Shown: positions 22,330 through 34,280, counted from the whole stretch's first letter. The stretch: 63,035 nucleotides of DNA, filler included, from Malassezia furfur (GCA_052055015.1; 41 parts of 41 records of this genome joined end to end with filler, not necessarily neighbours in it), one strand, 5' to 3'. A program made the numbers and translations. Notes: generated from the letters alone by a model not told the origin.

Positions 22330-23552
22330 GACGGGGGCGCCCGGCGCGACGGCGCGCGCAGCGCGCCCCGCGTGCAAGAGGTACTGCATGCTGCCCCACT
22401 CGAGGATCTTGCGCTGGAGCCACGGGAGGCTCACGGGCTTGTTCAGGAAGTCGTTGCACCCCGCCGCGAGTGCCTCGACACGGTCCGAGCTGAGCACCGA
22501 GGCGGTGAGCGCGACAATGATGACCGAGTGCCGCGCCGCGGGCGACATGGGCGGCGGCACGTCGTCGCCGTGCGTGTGCGAGCGCGCCTCGCACTCGAGG
22601 CGGCGGATCTCCTTGGTGGCCTCGATGCCGTTCAGCACGGGCAGCTGGATGTCCATCAGGATCAAGTGGAAGTCGCCCTGGCGCCACTTGTCGATCGCCT
22701 CGCGCCCGTCCTTGGCGACCTCGTATTTGATCTGCCGCTTGCGCAGGAAGGTGGACAGGATGCGCTGGTTGATCACGTTGTCCTCCACGATCAGCACCTT
22801 GACCGGCGACAAGAAGTCGTCGCGCAGCGCGAGCTTGCGCCGCTGGATGCGCGCAGCCACCGTCGGCGACACGCGCCCCGGCGTCGCCGCAGCCATCACC
22901 GAGCTCGTGCTCGGCACCGCCACGTGCGGCACCTGTGCGTATACGGGCGGGTGCGCGACGCTCGCGGCGCTCGTGCCGGCGGGCGTCGTGCCGCCCGACG
23001 CCGGCTCGCGCACGTGCGAGTGGCCGCCGATGAGCATGCCCGACTGCGGCTGCGCACTCGTGCGCTTCAGCTTCGACGAGAGGTGTGAGTACGGCGTCGG
23101 CTGGCCCTTGACCGACTCGCTCGCGGCCTGCGACGGGATCGGCGGCGGCGGCGGCAGCTCGATCGAATGTGGCGCGCCGGGGCGCACCATCGACGGCGGG
23201 CGCTCGAGCGCCACGCTGCGCTCAATGTCGACATGCAGCGACGGCGGCACGACCGTGGGCGCTGCGGCGCTCGGCGCCGGCGCCGGCGCGACGGGCACCG
23301 TCGTGCTCGGCGCGCCGGGCGACACGTCCGGCGTGTCGAGGCCGAGGAGCGTCTCGAAGCCTACGGGCTTGAGCACGTGGCCGGTGGCGAAGAGCGGCTC
23401 GCCGCCGCGCGCGGGGTCGGTGACGTTCAGCGCATCGGCCACGGGCTCCGCGCGGAACGTAGTGTTGCTCAGGCTGAGCTCGGTCGCGCTGCTGGCGTGC
23501 GAGCGCGAGGAGCTCGGCGTGTCGGCTGCCGACGCCGACGCCGACGCCGTGG
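22330..23552 (-). CDS. SSK1: Response regulator Ssk1 (HOG pathway), receiver domain
   Basis: VKVLIVEDNVINQRILSTF..WRQGDFHLILMDIQLPVLNGIEATKEIR..VIIVALTAS..DRVEALAAGCNDFLNKPVSLPWLQRKILEWGSMQYL. The 3' boundary is uncertain. Confidence 0.92.
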
Positions 23553-23652
23553 NNNNNNNNNNNNNNNNNNNNNNNNNNNNNNNNNNNNNNNNNNNNTTAA
23601 TTAATTAANNNNNNNNNNNNNNNNNNNNNNNNNNNNNNNNNNNNNNNNNNNN

Positions 23653-23761
23653 CCCGCGGCCGTCCGGTGCCAACGCGGCGGCGGCGGCGCCCGACGGCCC
23701 CGCGCCCGAAGCCCCCCGCGAGCGGATCCGCATTGCGCTGGGCAAGCGCAAGGCACCGTAG
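23653..23761 (+). CDS. 3' end of an unidentified gene (..PRERIRIALGKRKAP*)
   Basis: Open frame ending in TAG at 23759-23761, with an NLS-like KRK. Confidence 0.4.
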
Positions 23762-23776
23762 TGTACTATACAACAG

Positions 23777-25103
23777 CTATCGCTGGATGGAGACGTTGCT
23801 GAACGCGTGGAACGGCTCGCGTGGGCTGCCGGGCGCCGGCACGTCCTCGGTGTCGAGGAGGGTCTGGCACTCCCAGTCGAGCGTGCGCACGGGGTGCTCG
23901 GCGGCGTCGCGCACCATCTGCTGCACGTCGACCTCGGTCGGGACGATGGGGGGCGTCATGTTGCGCAGCAGCCCCCAGGAGAGGTTGGCGAACCAGCGGT
24001 GCTGCTTGACCTCGCCCGCGCCGAGCTGCGAGCCGAGGCGCTTGTGCTCGTCCTTGACGAGCAGCTTGCGGATGAGCGCCTTGCCGTGCGACGAGATGGG
24101 CGTGCCCTCGCGGAAGGTGACCTCCTTGCGCAGCACGTTGGCAAACGTTGCGTTGCGTGTGTTGCCCTTGAACGGCGTCGTGGCAAAGATCATCTCGTAG
24201 ATCAAGATGCCGAGCGTCCACCAGTCGACGGCGCTCGTGTGCCCGCAGCCCTTGATCACCTCGGGCGCGATGTACTCCTCGGTGCCCACGAACGAGTTGG
24301 TGCGCAGGTCGGCGATGCACGAGCGCGTGTCCACGAGCGGCATGGCGCGCGGATTCGCCTGGAACACGGCGGCGGCCGCGCCGCCCTGCTGCACGGACTT
24401 CGCCGAGAGGTCAAAGTCGGACAGCATCAGGTGCCCCGAGTGGTGCAGCAAGATGTTTTCCGGCTTGAGGTCGCGGTAGATGAAGCCCATCAGGTGGAGG
24501 TACTCGAGCGCCGCCACCACCTCGGCCGCGTAGAACTTGGCGTCCTCCTCGGCGAGGCAGCGCCCCGGGCGCGACTGCAGCGTGCGGAAGAACTCGCCGC
24601 CGACGCAGTACTCCATGCAGAGGTAGAGGTAGTCGTGCGACTGGAAGGTGTGGTACAGCGGCACAATGAACGGGTGGTTCGACGAGACGAGGATCGCCTG
24701 TTCGGCCAGCACACGCTTCACCTTGTTGCGCTTCACCATCTCGGCCTTCGATAGGACCTTCATGGCATACAGCCGCGCCGTCTCTTTTTCTTGGACGAGG
24801 TACACACGGCCCACGTCGCCCTTGCCCAGCAGCTTGATGTGCTGGAAGGACTGCGCACTCACCATCGTGTGCACCGTCTTGACGCGCGACACGGGCGCAG
24901 GCAGCGGCACCGCCGCCGCACGCACCACAGGCACCTCGGGCACCGGCGGGATGGGCGGCGCGTCGCTCCGGTGCTGCGCCGAAACCTGGCGCAAGGCACC
25001 CGAACTCTTCGACTTGAACAGCCGCGAGAGGCCGCGCGCGCGCCCGGGCTCGCTGGGCGCCTCGTTCGCGCCGCGCGCACGTCCGCCACGCAGCGTCGGC
25101 AGC
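23777..25103 (-). CDS. AGC Ser/Thr kinase, Nrc-2/Fpk1/Kin82 (flippase kinase) family
   Basis: [63 protein letters not shown]. Confidence 0.93.
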
Positions 25104-25203
25104 NNNNNNNNNNNNNNNNNNNNNNNNNNNNNNNNNNNNNNNNNNNNTTAATTAATTAANNNNNNNNNNNNNNNNNNNNNNNNNNNNNNNNNNNNNNNNN
25201 NNN

Positions 25204-26654
25204 GGCGGGCCTGGCGGCGCTCCTGGCGCAGCGCGCGCGCAAGTCGGTGCTGGCCGCGGGCGCCGCGGCGTTCAACGCGAAGCCGCGCGAGGGCGTGGCG
25301 TTCCTGGAGCGCGAGGGGCTGGTGGATGTGTCGAGCGAGGCGGCGCGCGCCGAGAGCATCGCGCGCTTCCTCAAGGCGTCGTCGCTGGTCGACAAGCGGC
25401 TGCTGGGCGACTATTTGTCGCGGCCGGACAACTTGGCGGTGCTGTCTGCGTTCATGGGGCTGTTCGACTTCCGGGGGATCGACGTGGCGGAGGCGATGCG
25501 CGCGGTGTGTGAGGCGTTCCGCTTCCCCGGCGAGGCGCAGCAGATTGCGCGCATCACCGAGACGTTTTCGCACGCGTACTACGCGTCGAAGCCCGCGGGG
25601 ATCCGCAGCGAGGACGCGGTGTACGTTTTGGCGTACAGCATCATCATGCTCAACACCGACCTGCACAACCCGCAGGTGACGCGGCGCATGACGATCGCCG
25701 ACTACCAGCGCAACTTGCGCGGCGTGAACGACGGCGCGGACTTTGACGCGGCGTACCTCGCGCACGTCTACGAGAGCATCCGCAAGCGCGAGATCGTCAT
25801 GCCCGAGGAGCACGCGGGGCAGCTCGGCTTCGACTACGCGTGGAAGGAGCTGTTGCGCAAGTCGCGCACGCACCACGGCGTCGTGCGCGACGCGCCCGGC
25901 GCATGGGACCGCGCGCTGTTCCGGCATAGCTGGCGCCCGATCGTGGCGAGCATCGCGCACGCGTTTGCCACGATGCAGGACGAGCATGTGCTGCAGCGCG
26001 TGATCGCCGCGTGCCGCCAGGTGGCGGTGCTCGCGCGCGCGTACGAGGTGCCGGAGGTGTTTGACTACATGGTGCACCACTTTGCGCACGCCACCGGCCT
26101 GCCGCACTCGGCGCTCGCGCGCGACACGGCGGGGAGCGTGGAGCATGCGCTGCCCGACGGCACGACGATCGTCGTGAGCCGCCTGTCGGTGCACTTCGGC
26201 ACCAACTTCAAGAGCCAGCTCGCCGCCGTGGTGCTGTTCACCATCGCGAACGGCAACCCCGGCGCGATCCGTGCCGGCTGGGCCGACGTGGTCGACGTCC
26301 TCGAGAGCCTGCTGCTCAACGGCCTGCTCCCGCCGAGCGTCGCGGGGATGTGGGACGTGGCGCACAGCACGCGCGTCGCCATCCCGCGCACCGCCAAAAA
26401 GGGGCCCGCGCTGCAGGCGCCCGCGGCGAGCGGCGGCCTGCTGTCCACGCTCTCGTCCTACTTCCTCTCGCCCTACGCGGACGCCGCCGAGCCGATGGAC
26501 GTCGGCGAGGCCGAGGTCGAGAGCTCGCTGTGCACGCTCGACTGCCTCGCCTCGTGCAAGATCGCCGAGCTGCACGCCGCGCTGCGCACGGTGCCCGAGG
26601 CCGCGCTGGGCGCGTACATCGACGCGCTGCACACGCGCCTCGCGCCGCTCGCCG
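25204..26654 (+). CDS. GEA2: Sec7-domain ARF-GEF, Gea1/Gea2/GBF1 type, internal fragment
   Basis: VDKRLLGDYLS, FRFPGEAQQIARI, LAYSIIMLNTDLHNPQV, EIVMPEEH, FGTNFKSQLAAVVLF. Confidence 0.9.
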
Positions 26655-26754
26655 NNNNNNNNNNNNNNNNNNNNNNNNNNNNNNNNNNNNNNNNNNNNTT
26701 AATTAATTAANNNNNNNNNNNNNNNNNNNNNNNNNNNNNNNNNNNNNNNNNNNN

Positions 26755-26918
26755 CCGTCGAGCCCTACACGAGCTTCACCGACTGCTTCCGCAAGATGGT
26801 CGCCGAGGAGGGCTACGAGAGTCTCTACCGCGGCCTGCCCTTCTCGATGGGCCTTTCATTCCTGCTGACGCTCGGCCTGCTCCCAGAGCTGATTGACCTG
26901 TTTTCCCTCTTTTCATAG
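26755..26918 (+). CDS. Mitochondrial-carrier-superfamily protein, C-terminus
   Basis: PYTSFTDCFRKMVAEEGYESLYRGL is a carrier repeat motif. TAG at 26916-26918. Confidence 0.7.
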
Positions 26919-28202
26919 CGTACTCGGTAGCAGGCCACGCAGCGCCGCCAGCGCCGCGGGCGGATACACGAGCCACGCGTCCCACGCATCGAGCACGCCG
27001 AGCACGGGGCGCAGCACGGCGTCCGCCTTGACGCGCGACGCATACGCACGCACCACGTCGCCGAGGTGTGCAAAGATGCGTACGAGGTGCGGCTCGAACG
27101 CGTCGCGGTACCGCCAGGCATGCGGCACCCGCGCCGCACTATTGAACAAGATGTCGGACACGACGTAGAGCCGCGCGAGTTTCCGCGGGATCGGCGTGTG
27201 CGGCAGCACCAGCGACGCGGCGATCCGGGCGGCCACCGCATCCGCCGCGTACGCGTGATCAAGCGCCAGCACCATGCACCGCGCGATGCGCTCGCGCCGC
27301 GGCGTGAGTGTACGCAGCAGCGCACCAAGCCGTCGGTCGGCGAGCGGACTCAATGCCGCTTCCTTGGCCGTGCGGCCGGCCTCGGCCTCTTCGACCTCTT
27401 CCGAGTCGGTCGAGTACGGCGACGCCTCACCGTCGTCCACCGTCGGTACATCGGCGTACACGGGGCGCGTACGGCGCGAGCGCACGGGCGCGTCCGATCG
27501 ACGCGCCGGCGCTCGGCGGCGCACGATGCGGGGATGAAGAGGCAGAGGCACCGCCCGCGCCCACGACACGGCGAGCGCCGAGGCGCCCCAAGGCATGCCG
27601 TCGGCCGCCTCCAGGGCGGCCTCGGCGTCCGCGCGGCGCTGGAAGGCGACGAAGCCCACGTCGCGGTGCGGCAAGAGCTGCGTTAGCCAGGCACGTACCT
27701 TGACGGCCGCAATGTCGCCCCACTGTGCAAAGTAATCGCCGAGCGCCTCCTCCGAAACGCTGCGCGCCAGGCCACGCACGCAGAGATTCGTGGAGGCGGG
27801 GTCCGGCGCGGCCTGGCGAGGGCCGACGTCGGCGGAAGTGTCGGCGGCCTGCTGAATCTCGGAGAGGAGCTCGGCGAGGCCGCCCGGGCGCGACGCGGGG
27901 CGCGACACAGGGGGAGGGTGGTGGGTATCTTGGGCGGTCGCCGCTTGCGTGCGCACCGGTGTGGCCGCCGGCTTCGGGGGGACATAGGCTTGCCCTGCGT
28001 CAGTAGGCGCACCTACCGCCCTTGGCGACGAACTGCGTGCCGAGCACGCTGCGTCCGCGCGTCTCGTCCGTATCAAGATCGCGCAGGAGCGCATCGTAGG
28101 TCGCCTGCATCTCGGCATCGTCGCGCGCCTTGCACTCCGCCTCGGCTTCCTGCTGCCGCTCGAAGCGCGTCTTGGGCACGGGCCCATGCTGGAGCTGCTG
28201 CA
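26913..28202 (-). CDS. U2 snRNP-associated SR140/U2SURP homologue (RRM + CID; two micro-introns)
   Basis: KTRFERQQEAEA.. N-terminus; RRM STNLCVRGL..GFVAFQRRADAE; CID RRERIARCMVLALDH..IPRKLARLYVVSDILFNSA..HAWRYR. Confidence 0.82.
   Translation of the reverse strand, partial: CSSSSMGPCPRRASSGSRKPRRSARRATMPRCRRPTMRSCAILIRTRRADAACSARSSSPRAVGAPTDAGQAYVPPKPAATPVRTQAATAQDTHHPPPVSRPASRPGGLAELLSEIQQAADTSADVGPRQAAPDPASTNLCVRGLARSVSEEALGDYFAQWGDIAAVKVRAWLTQLLPHRDVGFVAFQRRADAEAALEAADGMPWGASALAVSWARAVPLPLHPRIVRRRAPARRSDAPVRSRRTRPVYADVPTVDDGEASPYSTDSEEVEEAEAGRTAKEAALSPLADRRLGALLRTLTPRRERIARCMVLALDHAYAADAVAARIAASLVLPHTPIPRKLARLYVVSDILFNSAARVPHAWRYRDAFEPHLVRIFAHLGDVVRAYASRVKADAVLRPVLGVLDAWDAWLVYPPAALAALRGLLPSTL
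27678..27698 (-). other. Spliceosomal micro-intron, 21 nt, in-frame and stopless (GTACGTGCCTGGCTAACGCAG)
   Basis: Consensus donor and CTAAC-GCAG end; phase 0 after IAAVK in the RRM. Confidence 0.8.
27995..28016 (-). other. Spliceosomal micro-intron, 22 nt (GTAGGTGCGCCTACTGACGCAG)
   Basis: Joins TQFVAKG-GQAYVPP, bringing the SR140-like N-terminus into frame. Confidence 0.8.
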
Positions 28203-28302
28203 NNNNNNNNNNNNNNNNNNNNNNNNNNNNNNNNNNNNNNNNNNNNTTAATTAATTAANNNNNNNNNNNNNNNNNNNNNNNNNNNNNNNNNNNNNNNNNN
28301 NN

Positions 28303-29747
28303 CGCAGCCCGAGCAGCGCTCGCCGCGGAACCCGATGGGCAACCCGCTGCGCTACTCGCACGGCAAGATGATGCCCGCCGGCACCCCGGAGCCGAACCGG
28401 CTGAGCAGTGCCCAGATGCAGAACCTGGCCGCGAACCGCAATCTGCGCCCGAGCAGCGAAATGCTGCCCATGGGCCAGCAAGGTACCCCCGAGAGTACGT
28501 TGGACGCCGCACTGACCGTTAGCTGAGGTGATTGACAAGTGGTTCGAGGACCTGCAGAACTACGAGGCGACGCTCGAGGAGATGGCCGCCGCGTCGCTCG
28601 ACCAGAACTTTAAGGAGGAGCTGAGCGCCATCGAGCAGTGGTTCCGCGTGCTGAGCGAGGCGGAGCGCACCGCGGCGCTGTACAGTCTGCTGCAGGAGTC
28701 GACGCAGGTGCAGATCCGCTTCTTCATCACCGTGCTCCAGCAGATGGCGCGCAACGACCCCGTCGGCGCCTTCCTCTCGCCGAACCAGGCGAACAGCGCC
28801 GTGGGCGAGCAGCTCGAGGCCAAGATGGCCTCGCTCGGGATCAAGACGCCCACCGCGGGCGTCGCCGCCTCGCCGAGCACGCGCGGCTTCCAGCGGCAGA
28901 GCACGGGCTTCCTGTCGCCGAGCAGCGCCTCGCTGTACGCCGGCAGCCCCGACGTGTCGGCGGCGCTCGCCGCACAGCGCAGCAAGATGAAGAGCAACCG
29001 CACCTCGGCGCCCGGCACGCTCCCGATGGAGTCGCCCATGAGCTACACGGGCGGCAAACTCGACCACGTCCAGGAGAAGCCGTCGGCGCCGCGCGAGCGC
29101 CCGCGCTCCTCGGACCACACCCCGCTGTCGCGCGCGCAGCGGCAGAGCGGTCCGATCGACGATGCGCTCTCGCCGCTCGGCATGGGCGGCAGCTGGGCGA
29201 GCATGGTCAACACGCCCATCATGTCGATGCTCGACGAGAACGCGCCGTCGGGCGGTGCCCCGGCGCCGGGCGACACCAACGCCAAGCTCGACGCGACGGC
29301 CGCGCAGCTCGCCCAGCTTGCCCAGCAGTACGGCGGCGACACGGACGCTGCGCTGCGTGCGCGCCGCGCGGCTGGCGGCCAGCCATCGGTGCAGGGCGTG
29401 CTGAGCGGCATGTACGACACCAACAGCCCGCCGGCGGCCAACTGGCAGGGCGCCGGCAGCCCTCCGACGAATGTGACGAGTCCCCAGTTTAACAACTTTT
29501 CGATTCCTATGAGCCCCAACACCCTCGCCGGGCTGCAGAGCCCCTCGGGCGGGATGGCGAACCCGGCCAACCTGCAAATGATGAACACGATGGCCGCCAT
29601 GGGCGGGCTGAACAACATGAACTCGACGCAACTTCTCGCACTCCAGCAGCAGATTCTGCAGCAGCAGCAGCAGAACCTGCAGAACTACACGCCAACCGCC
29701 CAGCGCATGGGCACGCGCGGCCCCGGGCGTCCGGGCGCGCCGGGCGC
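28303..29747 (+). CDS. VTS1: RNA-binding protein Vts1/Smaug, N-terminal part (one micro-intron)
   Basis: IDKWFEDLQNYEATLEEMAAASLDQNFKEELSAIEQWFRVLSEAERTAALYSLLQ..QIRFF and GSWASMVNTP. Confidence 0.88.
28495..28522 (+). other. Spliceosomal micro-intron, 28 nt (GTACGTTGGACGCCGCACTGACCGTTAG)
   Basis: Joins GTPE-TEVIDKWF in frame. Confidence 0.85.
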
Positions 29748-29847
29748 NNNNNNNNNNNNNNNNNNNNNNNNNNNNNNNNNNNNNNNNNNNNTTAATTAAT
29801 TAANNNNNNNNNNNNNNNNNNNNNNNNNNNNNNNNNNNNNNNNNNNN

Positions 29848-31157
29848 TCGACTTGGCGCCGGCGCCGCACGAGGTACAGCGCGAGGAGCGCGAGCGACCC
29901 GGCGAGCACCGCGCCGCCGATGCCGACGGGCACGCCGATCGCGACCTTGGTGCTGGTGTGGTCGTCGTCGCTGGCGTCGCTGGCGTCGTCGGAGCCGCCG
30001 CTGCCGCTGCCGCTCGTGCTGCTGCTGCCGCTGGACGTGTCGACGTTGCGGGTGCCGCCCGCGTACATGTTGGTGTTCGGCCCGTTCGCCGCGAGGTTCG
30101 GCGAGCCGGGCACGTCGTCGGGGCCGTCCGCGGTGGGGTCGGAGAGCAGCTGGATCTGGTCGCGCGACAGCGTAAACTCCGGCTCGCCCGACACGCTCGA
30201 GTTCTTGCCCGTGTACACAAACGACGTCGGCTGCGTCCCGCCGCCGGTGACGGTGACGTTGGCGAGCGTCAGATTGCCGCACGACACGTACATGTGCGTG
30301 AGCTCCTGCGCAAAGTAGCCCGTGGTCGTGTACGCGGAGGAGTCGTACGTCATTGCCCCGCCCGCCCACTTGCGCAGCCGGCGCGGCGTCTGCGGCGTCG
30401 CGCCCCACGTCGTGAACAGCACGCGCGAGGGCGAGCGCGGGAACTGCGCACCGGCCTCGCGGCGCGTCACATGGTGCACCGCACGCCCGTCGAGCGTCCA
30501 GGTGATCCCACTCGGGTCCCACTGCAGGCCGTACGTGTGGTAGTCGGCCATCGAGTAGTTCCGGCCGAGGTCGAGCGGCGTGCCCGCGGGGTTCGTCTCG
30601 TTGTTCAGCGCATAGTAGCTCGCCGCGGCCGACGACGCATTGTCGCCCGCAAACTTCCACGCAATCGCATCGCCGACGTCGCTCAGCGTGCCAAACGTCG
30701 AGATGAGCCCTTTCTGCGTGTCGTGGCGCAGCGTCGCGTTGATCGTGCCGTACAGCATGTACCGCGTCGTCGACACACGCGACGCATGCCCCTTGTTCGT
30801 CTCAAACAGCACACCCTGCCCGCCCTGGCCCAGGTAGCCCGACTCGAACAGGAACGGCCCGGCACTCGGGTCGCCCGTGAACGACTCGAGCGGCACAAAC
30901 ACGTCGCGCCGGTTGTACGCCGTGTGCGTCACATTAAAGTCCAGATTCGCACACACCGGGTTCGCGACGCACGACAGCGGCGAATGGCTGTACATCGGAT
31001 TGCACCCCGCCGCACACTGCACGGCGCCCGCACCACACTCGCCCTGCACCGAGCAGCACGGCGCGTCGCTCGGACACAAACTGCCAGGACCACACTTGAC
31101 CGCGAACGCGGCGTGCGCCAACGCGCTCACCACCGCCCACGCCGTCCACACGCGCAT
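29848..31157 (-). CDS. Crh/Utr2-type GH16 cell-wall protein: signal peptide, Cys-rich chitin-binding module, GH16 domain with degenerate catalytic motif, Ser-rich stalk, C-terminal TM helix
   Basis: MRVWTAWAVV.. signal; CPSDAPCCSVQGECG; VSTTRYMLYG; DYHTYGLQWDPSGITWTLDG; QFPRSPSRV; VAIGVPVGIGG..RRRR. Confidence 0.85.
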
Positions 31158-31388
31158 GGCCGTCGTCAGAAGCCCACGCAAAAGGCGAGGCGCACCGCGT
31201 CCACCCAAAAACGGCGCCCCACCGCCCTGGCGCCCCCGCCGCCGCCCCCGCCGCACTTTACGCGTCTCCACTTTCGCTGCATCTATGCNNNNNNNNNNNN
31301 NNNNNNNNNNNNNNNNNNNNNNNNNNNNNNNNTTAATTAATTAANNNNNNNNNNNNNNNNNNNNNNNNNNNNNNNNNNNNNNNNNNNN

Positions 31389-32826
31389 GCTCGGCAGCTC
31401 GGCCGAGGTGCCGAGCTGCGCGAGCGCGTGGACGAGGTGGAGGTAGCGCACCAGGAGCGCGTCGTCGTCCGCCTCGTGCAGCGCCGGGCGCACGGCCGCG
31501 AGCACGTCGTGCACGGCGCGGAGCACGTCGGGTGGCAGCGGCGCGCCCGCGGCATCCTCGGCCGCGCGCACGACCGCGCACGTCGCGTCGAGCGCCGCGC
31601 CCAGCACGTCCGGGTGCGCCGCGAGCGCCTGTGCGAGCTGCACGACGCACGGCAGCTGCGCCTGCAGGTGCGCGTGCACGTTGCGCGACGTGTACGGGTC
31701 CGCGCACGCGCCGAGCACCTCGACGAGGCGCAGCGCCGCGTGCACGGACGGCGCGAGGTGCGGCTGCGTGCGTGCGTGCATCGCCGCGGCGAGGCGCGCG
31801 TCGACGGCGCGCAGCACGAGCGGGTAGTACGCGGCGCGCGCGTCGTCTGCGCCCATCTCGGGCCCGTCGCGCGCGTGGTCGAGGCACTGGACGACGGCGC
31901 GTAGCAGCGGCGCGTGTGCGGCCTCGGGCAGCGTCTCGAGCGCGCCGAGCGCGTCGCTCACGAGCGCCTGCATCGCGGGGCGCGCGAGCACGACGGCCAT
32001 GGCGCCCGGCGTGTGTGCGAGCGCCTCGAGCACGAGCGCCGCGGCGGCGAGCACGTCGGCGTCCGAGCGCCACGCGTCGAGCGCCGTCTGGACGTCGGCG
32101 ACGAGCGCGTCGAGCACGCGCGCGCCCGACGCGCCCGCGAGCGCATGCGCGATGGCCGGCGGCGCGTCGTCGCGCAGCAGGTACGTCGGCACCCAGCGCG
32201 CAGTCGCCCACAGGAGCGACGCGACCGCGAGCGGACTCGCGGCGTGTGCGTCCGTCGGCCCGTGCGGCAGCAGCGCGGGGAGCAGCACGACGCTCGTGGT
32301 ATGCACGAGCGCGAGCACACGCGCCTGGACGTCGGCGCCGCCGTCGGCGACCGCGCGCGGCACGCACGGCTCCTCGGCCGCCGCGGGGTCGGCCACGAGG
32401 TGCCCCGCGAGGAGCGCCGCCCAGTGGAGCTGCTCCCACGTGGCCGGCGCCGCGTGCGCCGCAAGCTCGGCCTGCAGCGCGTCGAGCGTGCCGCCGAGCG
32501 CGCGCAGCGCGTCGTCGACACACGTGCGCGCGAGCGCCGCGTACAGCGTGAGCTGGTCGTCGTACAGCTCCGCGTCGCTCGTCTGCTCGTCGCCGACCTC
32601 GTCCGCGTCCGCGTCCGCGCCGAGGCGCGCCGCATGCAGCCGGCCCGCCTGGTACGCGAGCACGACGTGCTCGCGCACGTGTGCGTGCACCGCGTCGAGC
32701 ACGGCCGCGGGCACGTCGGCGGCCGCGAGCGCGTGCGTGAGCGCGCGCCAGAGCGCGAGCACTTCGGTGACCGCCGCGTCCGCCTCCGCGAGCGCCTCGG
32801 CGTCGACGGTCGACCGCGGCCGCGCC
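31389..32826 (-). CDS. XPO4: Exportin-4-like karyopherin, internal fragment
   Basis: DAELYDDQL, EQLHWAALLAGHLVAD, SPLAVASLLWATARWVPTYLL, LDAWRSDADV parallel exportin-4 motifs. Confidence 0.65.
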
Positions 32827-32926
32827 NNNNNNNNNNNNNNNNNNNNNNNNNNNNNNNNNNNNNNNNNNNNTTAATTAATTAANNNNNNNNNNNNNNNNNN
32901 NNNNNNNNNNNNNNNNNNNNNNNNNN

Positions 32927-34280
32927 GGGTATGCTGCGTGCGCTCGGCGTGCTCGTAGCAGTCGAGGACGCGGGTATACTGTCCGTGCTTGTCGTAGAAT
33001 GCGAGGATGTCGACGAGCATTTTGGGGGTCGCGATCGGCACGGGGTGCCACGTCGACGGCACCGAGTAGTGGATCGCCTTGGGCGTGTGGGTAAACGCCA
33101 CGCCGCAGTAGGTGCCGAGCAGCGCACTGATGGTCTGGACGGCGTCGCGCGGCGACCCGATCGCCAGCGTCCACACGAGCGTGTTGACCGCGGTTGCATC
33201 GAGCAGCGGCGCGGCGTGCGGCTCGGTGCGGGTCATGGCGAGCAGGTCAAACTGCCACCGTGCCCAAATGTCGCGGATCGCGGTCTGCTTGGCGGCCAGC
33301 GGCATGCGGCACCGCCCGAGGTCGCGCATGAGCGCCGTGTACGTTGGCGCCGTCGCAAACAGACTCCGTGGCAGGTGCGGCCTCCTCTGTGTCGTGCGGC
33401 GGCCGGGGTAAGGGTCCGGGCACACGTCGTTCCACACCTGCAGTGCGTCGTCCGGGCGGCCGAGTGCACAGAGCAGCGAGATGTATGCGCTGTACGCCGC
33501 GACGATCGCGTGTGGATCCTTGTGCAGCTCGTGGAGCACGCGCGACTTGCTTGCGATGACCGACGGCCGCCCGCGGGCGCCCGTGGCGTCTTCGGTGGGC
33601 GTGCCGAGCCAGGCGGTGTCGTCGGTGGGCGTGGCGGGCGCCGCCTGCGCCGCCTGGTGGTGGAGCTGCTCGAGGCCCGCGTACAGCTTTGGGATGTGTG
33701 CGAGCCACGCCGAGGTGGTCGCGACGTCGATGCGCTGTGCCCGCACAGCGGTCGCGAGTGCGGCAAAGTAGCCTGCGTACGTGCGGGCTGTCGGGCGCAC
33801 ATGTGCGCGTTTCATCTCGCAGTAGACGCGCCACGCGGCGCTCGGCATGCCCGCGCGCACCGCGAGGTCGATCACCTGGTTCCATGCCGCGGCCGCGAGC
33901 TGCGGGTGGATGTGCTCGGCGGTGGTGTCCTGCGTGCGAATGTTGCGGGCGAGGCGGCGCCATTCGTCCATGCGCGTCTGGAGGCGGGCGTGTGCCTCGT
34001 GGAAGGCCTTTTCCGGGACGCCGCCGCGTGCGAGCTCGGCCATCTCGTGCGAGGTGCGGAACAGGTGCTCGCGCAGGCTCGGCGAGGGCGGCCGCTTGGA
34101 CGCGACGCGGATGTCTGTGCGAAAATCGCCGCCACGGCGCCGCTGCATGTTGCGAAAGTTGACGACGTTGCGTGGCGGTGCTGCGTGCTTGGCTGCGCGC
34201 TGTTTGGGCGGTGGCGCAGCGCGGGGCGCGCGTGCTGGGCCCGTGGCGAAGCGGCGTACCGCGACGCGAGGCAGCAGCAT
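32927..34280 (-). CDS. Mitochondrial pentatricopeptide-repeat (PPR) protein, 5' part
   Basis: Presequence-like MLLPRVAVRRFAT; PPR WNQVIDLAVRAGMPSAAWRVYCEMKRAHVRPTARTY; AYSAYISLLCALGRPDDALQVW. Confidence 0.8.
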
